Assembly: GCA_034521595.1 (NCBI GenBank)
Contig: JAXHMG010000003.1
Coordinates: 2,048,001-2,112,000, forward strand
Reading direction: 5' to 3'
Length of the DNA stretch: 64,000 nt
Source of the DNA: Gemmatimonadota bacterium
GTDB taxonomy: Bacteria; Gemmatimonadota; Gemmatimonadetes; Longimicrobiales; Gaopeijiaceae
The translations under genes were made by a program, and so were the position numbers. Every line of letters begins with the position of its first letter. The stretch's first letter is position 1. Shown here one piece after another: positions 58,554 to 64,000 of this stretch. Under the pieces are notes generated by a model. The model worked only from the letters and a program-made list of their open reading frames with translations. It ran no database searches and had not been told where the DNA came from.

Positions 58554-59938
58554 GGGAGGGCGCCGCCCCCGTCGTCTACAAGTTCGGCGGAAGCTCGCTC
58601 GGCGACGCCGACAGGATCCGGCACGTCGCGCGGCTGATCGCACGAGGGCCCCGCCCTCTGGTCGTGGTGGTGTCGGCCATGGCCGGGGTGACGAGCGAGC
58701 TCCAAACGTTGGTGGACAGCACGTCCGACCTCGAAACATCCGCGGAGCGGAGTGACGATCCGGTCGGCGCCTTGCGGTCACGCCACGCCGACGTTCTGGC
58801 GGCAGTGGGAGCCGACGACGAGGCGACCCGGAGCGCCCTGGAGGATCGTCTCGCCGCCCTGCGTCGCACGGTGAGCGAAGAGGCCGGGCTCGGAGATGAC
58901 AAGCGGCGGGCCGACGCGATCCTCGCGGCGGGCGAGGACCTCGCACAGTTGGTCGTGCGCGCCGTGCTCGAGGCCGAGGGCGTCCCTTCGGCCGCGGTCG
59001 ATGCGCGTGACGTCCTCGTCACGGACGACCATTTCGGGAACGCCGCCCCCGATCCCGAACGAACGCGGGCCGCTTGCGAGCGCCGCATCGTGCCGGTGCT
59101 GGGGACATCGGGCGTCACGGTCGTCCAAGGGTTCGTCGGAGCCACGCCTCAGGGCCGAACGACGACGTTGGGCCGGGGGGGGTCGGACTTCTCCGCAGCG
59201 ATCCTCGGAGGCGCTTTGGAGGCCGCATCGGTGCATGTCTGGACCGACGTCGCGGGCATCCTGAGCGCCGATCCGCGGTATGTGGACCACCCTCGCCTCC
59301 TCACGGAGATCGGCTTCGAGGAGCTCGTGGAGCTCGCCTGGGCGGGCGCCCGGGTCATCCACCCGGTTGCGGCGAAGTGGGCGGTGGCGGAGGGCGTGCC
59401 CCTCACGATCCGCGACACCTTCGCACCGGAGGAGCCGGGCACACGGGTCCGGCACGACGTTCGGGACGCCGCCGAGATCGCGGCCGTCACGGCCAAGGCC
59501 GGAGTGGCGCTCATCAAGGTGCGCTCACACCCCGCCGCGCTCCCCTACGGCTTCCTCGCGCGGGTCTTCGGTGTACTGGGACGCCACCGACTCGAGGTGG
59601 ACCTCGTCGCGACCAGCCACTCGTCGACCGCGTTCACCATCGACGACCGGTCCGACCTGGAGGAGGTGGCGGCCGAGCTCGGCACCTTCGCAGAGGTCGA
59701 GGTTACGAGCGGTCTCGCTACCATCACGGTCGTCGGCCGCGGCTTGCTCGCCGAACCGGGTGTCGGCGGGCAGGTCTTCGCGGTCGTCGGTGACACGCCC
59801 GTGCATCTGGTCTCACAGGCCTCGGACGTGAGCTCGAGCCTCGTCGTGGATGGGGAGGAGTCCGAAGCGCTCACGCGCCGGCTCCACGCCAGGCTCATCG
59901 GGCCGGCACCCGCAGACAGCACACGGAGGACCGCATGA
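58550..59938 (+). CDS. lysC: Aspartate kinase
   Basis: KFGGSS, VVSAMAGVT, TTTLGRGGSD, WTDVAG; ACT domains. Confidence 0.93.
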   Translation: MREGAAPVVYKFGGSSLGDADRIRHVARLIARGPRPLVVVVSAMAGVTSELQTLVDSTSDLETSAERSDDPVGALRSRHADVLAAVGADDEATRSALEDRLAALRRTVSEEAGLGDDKRRADAILAAGEDLAQLVVRAVLEAEGVPSAAVDARDVLVTDDHFGNAAPDPERTRAACERRIVPVLGTSGVTVVQGFVGATPQGRTTTLGRGGSDFSAAILGGALEAASVHVWTDVAGILSADPRYVDHPRLLTEIGFEELVELAWAGARVIHPVAAKWAVAEGVPLTIRDTFAPEEPGTRVRHDVRDAAEIAAVTAKAGVALIKVRSHPAALPYGFLARVFGVLGRHRLEVDLVATSHSSTAFTIDDRSDLEEVAAELGTFAEVEVTSGLATITVVGRGLLAEPGVGGQVFAVVGDTPVHLVSQASDVSSSLVVDGEESEALTRRLHARLIGPAPADSTRRTA

Positions 59939-60714
59939 AGATCGCCCTGGTGGGTTACGGCCGGATGGGTCACGCAGTCGAAGCTCAGGCCCGAGATCGC
60001 GAACACGAGATCGTCGCACGCCTCGGACGCGGCGAACTGGGAGGCCGCGCCCGGGACCTGGCCGAGCATCTGTCGGATGCCGACGTGGCGATCGACTTCA
60101 CGGTCGGCGAGCTGACCCCCCGGGTCATCGAAGCGGCCGGTCTCGCCGGAACCGACCTGGTCGTCGGCACGACCGGGTTCGGGGACGACGCCCACGAGGC
60201 CATGGAGAGCGCAGGCGGCATCGGGATCGTCCACGGTCCCAACTTCTCGATCGGCGTCCACGTCTTCTTCCGGATCGCCGGGCAGGCCGCCCGGCTGATC
60301 GACGGCGTGGGCGGATACGACACGCACGTCAACGAAGCTCACCACCGCCACAAACGAGACCATCCGAGCGGGACCGCGTGGCGTCTCGCCGACCTCCTGG
60401 TCGAGCGACTCGGGGACAAGACGCAGTGGCGGTCGGGCCCTCCCGCGGAGCAACCGGATCCGGCGACCTTGTACGTGACCAGCGTCCGGGCCGGCGAGAT
60501 CCCCGGGAGCCACACGGTGGGCTTCGACGGCGTACACGACCGGATCGAGGTGACCCACGAAGCACGCGGCCGGGACGGATTCGCGTCGGGCGCCCTGCGC
60601 GCCGCGGAATGGATCCACGGTCGTGACGGCGTGTTCACGTTCACCGAAGTGATCGACCGGATCCTGGATCTCGACACCGACGACGCAGATAGCGGAGAAG
60701 AGCGAGATGAGTGA
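59935..60714 (+). CDS. dapB: 4-hydroxy-tetrahydrodipicolinate reductase
   Basis: GYGRMG, IDFT, VGTTG, NFSIG, EAHHRHKRDHPSGTA, FASGA. Confidence 0.95.
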   Translation: MKIALVGYGRMGHAVEAQARDREHEIVARLGRGELGGRARDLAEHLSDADVAIDFTVGELTPRVIEAAGLAGTDLVVGTTGFGDDAHEAMESAGGIGIVHGPNFSIGVHVFFRIAGQAARLIDGVGGYDTHVNEAHHRHKRDHPSGTAWRLADLLVERLGDKTQWRSGPPAEQPDPATLYVTSVRAGEIPGSHTVGFDGVHDRIEVTHEARGRDGFASGALRAAEWIHGRDGVFTFTEVIDRILDLDTDDADSGEERDE

Positions 60715-61618
60715 GCGAGAACGGTTCGGAGGAGTCGGCGTGGCGCTCGTCACCCCCTTCGACGCGGACGGAGAGTTGGATCTCGACGCGTTCGCCGCGC
60801 ACGCGGAGCGGATGATCGAGGGCGGAGTCGACTACCTCGTTCCGTGCGGCACGACCGGCGAGAGCGCGACGATGCGGGACTCCGAACAGGTCGAGGTGAT
60901 CCGCGCGGCGGTGCGGGTCTCCAACGGGCGCGTGCCCGTGTTGGCCGGTGCCGGAGCGAACGCCACCTCCGAAGCGGTGGCGCGCACCCGAGGCGCGACC
61001 GAAGCGGGGGCGGACGGGATCCTCTCGGTGGCGCCCTACTACAACAAGCCTCCGCAGGAGGGGCTCTTCCGGCACTTCGAGGCGGTCGCGCAAGCCACCG
61101 ACCTCCCGGTGGTCCTGTACAACGTCCCCGGCAGAACTTCGTCGAACATCCTTCCGGAAACGGTCTTCCGGCTCACCGAGCTCCCCAACGTCGTCGGCAT
61201 CAAGGAAGCCTGCGGCGACCTCGACCAACTCGGGACGCTCCTCCGAGGACGACCGGAGGGCTTCCTCGTGCTCGCGGGTGACGACGAGATCACGCTCCCT
61301 CTGCTCGCGATGGGCGGCGACGGACTGATCTCGGTGATCGCCAACGAAGCTCCCGCGGAGATCACCGCCCTCGTCCACGCCGGCCTCGAGGGCGACTTCT
61401 CCCGGGCCCGCTCCCTCCATTACCGACTGCTCGAGCTCATGCGCTGCAACTTCGTCGAGACGAACCCCATTCCCGTGAAGACGGCCGTCGAGATGCTCGG
61501 CGGCCCGCCCACCCACTTCCGCTCCCCGCTGGTGCCCCTCTCGGAGGGCGCCCGCGAACGCCTGCGCGCCGCGCTGGACGCGAGCGGAATCTCCTCGTTC
61601 GAGACGGCGGGCCGATGA
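60707..61618 (+). CDS. dapA: 4-hydroxy-tetrahydrodipicolinate synthase
   Basis: ALVTPF, GTTGES, PYYNKP, LYNVPGRT, GIKEA, NPIPVK. Confidence 0.97.
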   Translation: MSERERFGGVGVALVTPFDADGELDLDAFAAHAERMIEGGVDYLVPCGTTGESATMRDSEQVEVIRAAVRVSNGRVPVLAGAGANATSEAVARTRGATEAGADGILSVAPYYNKPPQEGLFRHFEAVAQATDLPVVLYNVPGRTSSNILPETVFRLTELPNVVGIKEACGDLDQLGTLLRGRPEGFLVLAGDDEITLPLLAMGGDGLISVIANEAPAEITALVHAGLEGDFSRARSLHYRLLELMRCNFVETNPIPVKTAVEMLGGPPTHFRSPLVPLSEGARERLRAALDASGISSFETAGR

Positions 61619-62493
61619 GCTCCGCGACGCGGGAGCTTCGGGAACGCATCGAGCGGTTGACCACACCGGACGCCGCGCCCGGACGGGACGAAGCCCGATC
61701 CGCGGTCGTCGCGCTCCTCGAGGCGCTGGGGAGTGGCCAGGTGCGCGCGGCCGAGCCCGGTCCCGACGGTTGGCGGGCCGTGCCGTGGGTCAAATCCGGG
61801 ATCCTGCTCGCCTTCCGAACCGGAGCGACGCGGGAGTACGTGGCCCATCCGGCCGCGCCGAACCCCGACTTCGGGGGCTCGACGATCCGATTCTTCGACC
61901 GCGATACGCTGCCCCTGCGCGACACCGAAGGCGTCGAGGAGAACGTCCGCATCGTGCCGGGCGGCTCTTCCGTGCGCGCGGGCTCCTACCTCGGCCCGGG
62001 CGTCGTCATGATGCCGCCGGCGTTCGTGAACATCGGCGCCTACGTCGACGAAGGCGCGATGATCGACTCGCACGCCCTCGTCGGCTCCTGCGCCCAGGTG
62101 GGGAAGCGGGTACACCTCTCCGCGGGCGCCCAGCTCGGAGGCGTCCTCGAGCCGGTCGGGCTCCGCCCGGTCGTGATCGAAGACGACGCCATGGTCGGGG
62201 GCAACACCGGGATCTTCGAAGGCACGCTCGTCGGGCGACGCGCGGTGATCGCGCCCGGTGTGCAGCTCACGGCGTCGACGGCCGTCTACGACCTGGTGCG
62301 CGAAGACGTCTACCGGGCCGGAGAAGAGGAGCCGCTCAGCATTCCCGAGGGCGCGGTGGTCGTCCCGGGCTCCCGACCGGCCGAAGGCGGCTGGGCCAAA
62401 GAGCGGGGACTGACGCTCTACGCTCCGGTCATCGTGAAGTACCGGGACGAGCGGACGGACTCGGCCACCGCGCTGGAAGAGGCGTTGCGCTGA
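61615..62493 (+). CDS. dapD: Tetrahydrodipicolinate N-succinyltransferase
   Basis: WVKSGILL.F, RIVPGG, VNIGAYVD, GSCAQVG..VHLS, GGVLEP. Confidence 0.94.
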   Translation: MSSATRELRERIERLTTPDAAPGRDEARSAVVALLEALGSGQVRAAEPGPDGWRAVPWVKSGILLAFRTGATREYVAHPAAPNPDFGGSTIRFFDRDTLPLRDTEGVEENVRIVPGGSSVRAGSYLGPGVVMMPPAFVNIGAYVDEGAMIDSHALVGSCAQVGKRVHLSAGAQLGGVLEPVGLRPVVIEDDAMVGGNTGIFEGTLVGRRAVIAPGVQLTASTAVYDLVREDVYRAGEEEPLSIPEGAVVVPGSRPAEGGWAKERGLTLYAPVIVKYRDERTDSATALEEALR

Positions 62494-62504
62494 GAGGCTC
62501 CATG

Positions 62505-62527
62505 GCGGCCCCGGCCGTCGGGGCCGC
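62505..62527 (+). terminator. Hairpin after the dap operon
   Basis: GCGGCCCCG-gccgt-CGGGGCCGC 9-bp stem; no adjacent U-tract. Confidence 0.5.
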
Positions 62528-62529
62528 GC

Positions 62530-62706
62530 ATGCCCGGTTTGAAGCGCGCCGTCCGAACCTTTTACGCCCGCACCGGAGTCGAGCCGGAGGCGGTGCTGCC
62601 CACGACCCTCGCGGCGATCGGGCTTCGGATGGCGCTGGGCGCCGCGCTCATCCCGGCCCTGCGCGCGTCTCGCGTGGATCCCATGGACGCCCTGCGTTTC
62701 GAGTAG
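62530..62706 (+). pseudogene. 58-aa miniature ADOP/MacB-type permease (collapsed relic or microprotein)
   Basis: Hand translation: MPGLKRAVRTFYARTGVEPEAVLPTTLAAIGLRMALGAALIPALRASRVDPMDALRFE*. Confidence 0.7.
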
Positions 62707-62719
62707 TAGCCTACTGGGC

Positions 62720-63076
62720 ATGCGTAACTTCCTGATCCGACTGATCGTCAACGCCTTCGCCCTGTCGGCGGCCGCCTGGCTCCTCGACGGCATCCAGCTC
62801 TCCGGAGCGTTCTTCGACGTCCTCGTCGTCGCGCTGATCTTCGGGCTGCTCAACGCTCTGCTCAAGCCCATCCTCCTGTTCTTCTCCCTTCCCTTCCTCA
62901 TCGTCACCCTGGGGCTGTTCGCGTTCGTAGTGAATGCCATCGTGCTGCTGCTGACCGCCGGTCTCACCGACGCCCTGACCGTCGCGGGATTCGGCTCCGC
63001 GCTCCTCGGTAGCCTCGTAGTGTCGTTCGTGACGCTCATTCTGGGCAGCTTGCTCGAGGACGAACTCAAGGCGTAG
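62720..63076 (+). CDS. Phage holin family 4 / YvlD-like membrane protein
   Basis: LIFGLLNALLKPIL..SLPF.IVTLGLF.FVVNA..GFGSALLGS. Confidence 0.9.
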   Translation: MRNFLIRLIVNAFALSAAAWLLDGIQLSGAFFDVLVVALIFGLLNALLKPILLFFSLPFLIVTLGLFAFVVNAIVLLLTAGLTDALTVAGFGSALLGSLVVSFVTLILGSLLEDELKA

Positions 63077-63189
63077 CGGCCTGGCGCCGCTCGGCGCCGC
63101 ACCACCCCATCCACCCGGACCGAAACCGACCCCCGTCCCGTCCCGTAGGGCGGTGCGAGCGTGGTTTCGCCCATGGACAGGGGGGTGGC

Positions 63190-64000
63190 ATGACGGGGTT
63201 GATGACGGATGTCCGGTACGCGTTTCGGATGCTCTTCAAGCATCCGGGCGTCTCGGCGATCGCGGTCCTGGCGCTGGGGCTCGGCATCGGGCTCACGGCG
63301 GTCATGTTCAGCATCGTGTACGGCGCGATCATGCGCGGGCTCCCGTTCGAGAACGGAGACCGCATCGTGTCCGTGCACCGTGCCAACCCGTCGATCGGCG
63401 CCGAGAACATGGGCGTCTCGATCCACGACTACGTCGACTGGCGCGAGCAGCAACGCGGGTCCTTCACCCACCTGGCGGCCGCCTACGACGGCACGATCAA
63501 CGTCCGCTGGAGCGACGAGCCGGAGCGGTACTTCGGGTCGTTCCTGACCGCGAACACCTTCCCCGCGCTCGGCGTGGAGCCCGTGGTCGGGCGCGCCTTC
63601 ACGGAGGACGAGGACGAGCCGGGCGCGCCCGCCACGGTGCTCCTCTCGCACCGGGTGTGGATGGACCGCTTCGACGGCGACCCGAACGCCCTCGGCCAGG
63701 TCGTGAAGGTGAACGGCGAGCAGGCCGAGATCATCGGCGTCATGCCCGAGGGGTTCGCCTTTCCGAACAGGTCGGAGCTGTGGGTCCCCCTTCGCATGAA
63801 TCCTCTCGAGATCCCCCGAAACGAAGGCACCTGGCTCACCGTGTTCGGCCCGCTCGCGCCGGGCGTGGACATCGACGCCGCCATGACCGAGATGACGGGG
63901 ATCGCCGGTCGGCTCGCGGCCGAGCATCCGGACACCAACGAAGGCGTGGTGCCCGTCATCCAGCCCTTCACCGAGCGGTACGTCGGCACGGAGGCCACCG
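63190..64000 (+). CDS. ADOP-family (MacB-like) ABC permease, runs off the window
   Basis: Not in the ORF track; DVRYAFRMLFKHPG..AVLALGLGIG..MFSIV..LPF..S..DY.DWR..LGVEP.VGR.F..W..RF.GDP..IIGVMPEGF.FP. Confidence 0.92.
   Translation, partial: MTGLMTDVRYAFRMLFKHPGVSAIAVLALGLGIGLTAVMFSIVYGAIMRGLPFENGDRIVSVHRANPSIGAENMGVSIHDYVDWREQQRGSFTHLAAAYDGTINVRWSDEPERYFGSFLTANTFPALGVEPVVGRAFTEDEDEPGAPATVLLSHRVWMDRFDGDPNALGQVVKVNGEQAEIIGVMPEGFAFPNRSELWVPLRMNPLEIPRNEGTWLTVFGPLAPGVDIDAAMTEMTGIAGRLAAEHPDTNEGVVPVIQPFTERYVGTEAT

Noticed and set aside
62720-63076. Holin-family gene as a prophage marker
   Set aside because: YvlD-type proteins are common chromosomal genes; no endolysin, integrase or structural phage genes nearby.
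1-64000. Selenoprotein or programmed-frameshift genes, mobile elements, defence systems
   Set aside because: No in-frame TGA within recognised domains, no split housekeeping genes, and no transposase, integrase, RM, TA or Cas motifs recognised by eye.

Overview
High-GC (roughly 70% by eye) bacterial chromosomal segment, densely coding and mostly housekeeping. Gene content (SusC/SusD pair, ADOP-type ABC permease, peptidase-propeller-Omp85 protein, archaeal-type Asd operon, DUF2723 GT-C) suggests Gemmatimonadota; this is inferred from gene content, not from a search. Main blocks: ytxH-yihY-smpB-amidase; pyk-MBL-pgi; rnd, dksA-like, yggX, rocD, nitrilase, M28 peptidase; a SusC/SusD/lipoprotein unit; class II RNR (nrdJ) with a clear sigma70 promoter and tandem NrdR boxes; murQ-GT-C; the run dedA-coaE::PHP-nrnA-hyp-fur-speB-cls-ccdA; yyaL; a Met-rich Spy/CpxP protein; a 1495-aa TPR-glycoside hydrolase-TPR-beta-barrel fusion; moeZ, DUF2723, HEAT, persulfide dioxygenase-rhodanese; and asd-lysC-dapB-dapA-dapD. 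I found no rRNA, tRNA, CRISPR array, integrase or transposase. Most notable: (1) dephospho-CoA kinase fused to a PHP phosphatase next to the pAp phosphatase NrnA; (2) the hydrolase-TPR-porin fusion with no synthase nearby; (3) 'collapsed' gene relics, including a 58-aa in-frame miniature ADOP permease below the ORF-track cutoff; (4) readable operators: NrdR boxes, an ARG-like box over the predicted rocD start site, and OmpR/PhoB-type 11-bp repeats. All product calls are from motif recognition by eye.
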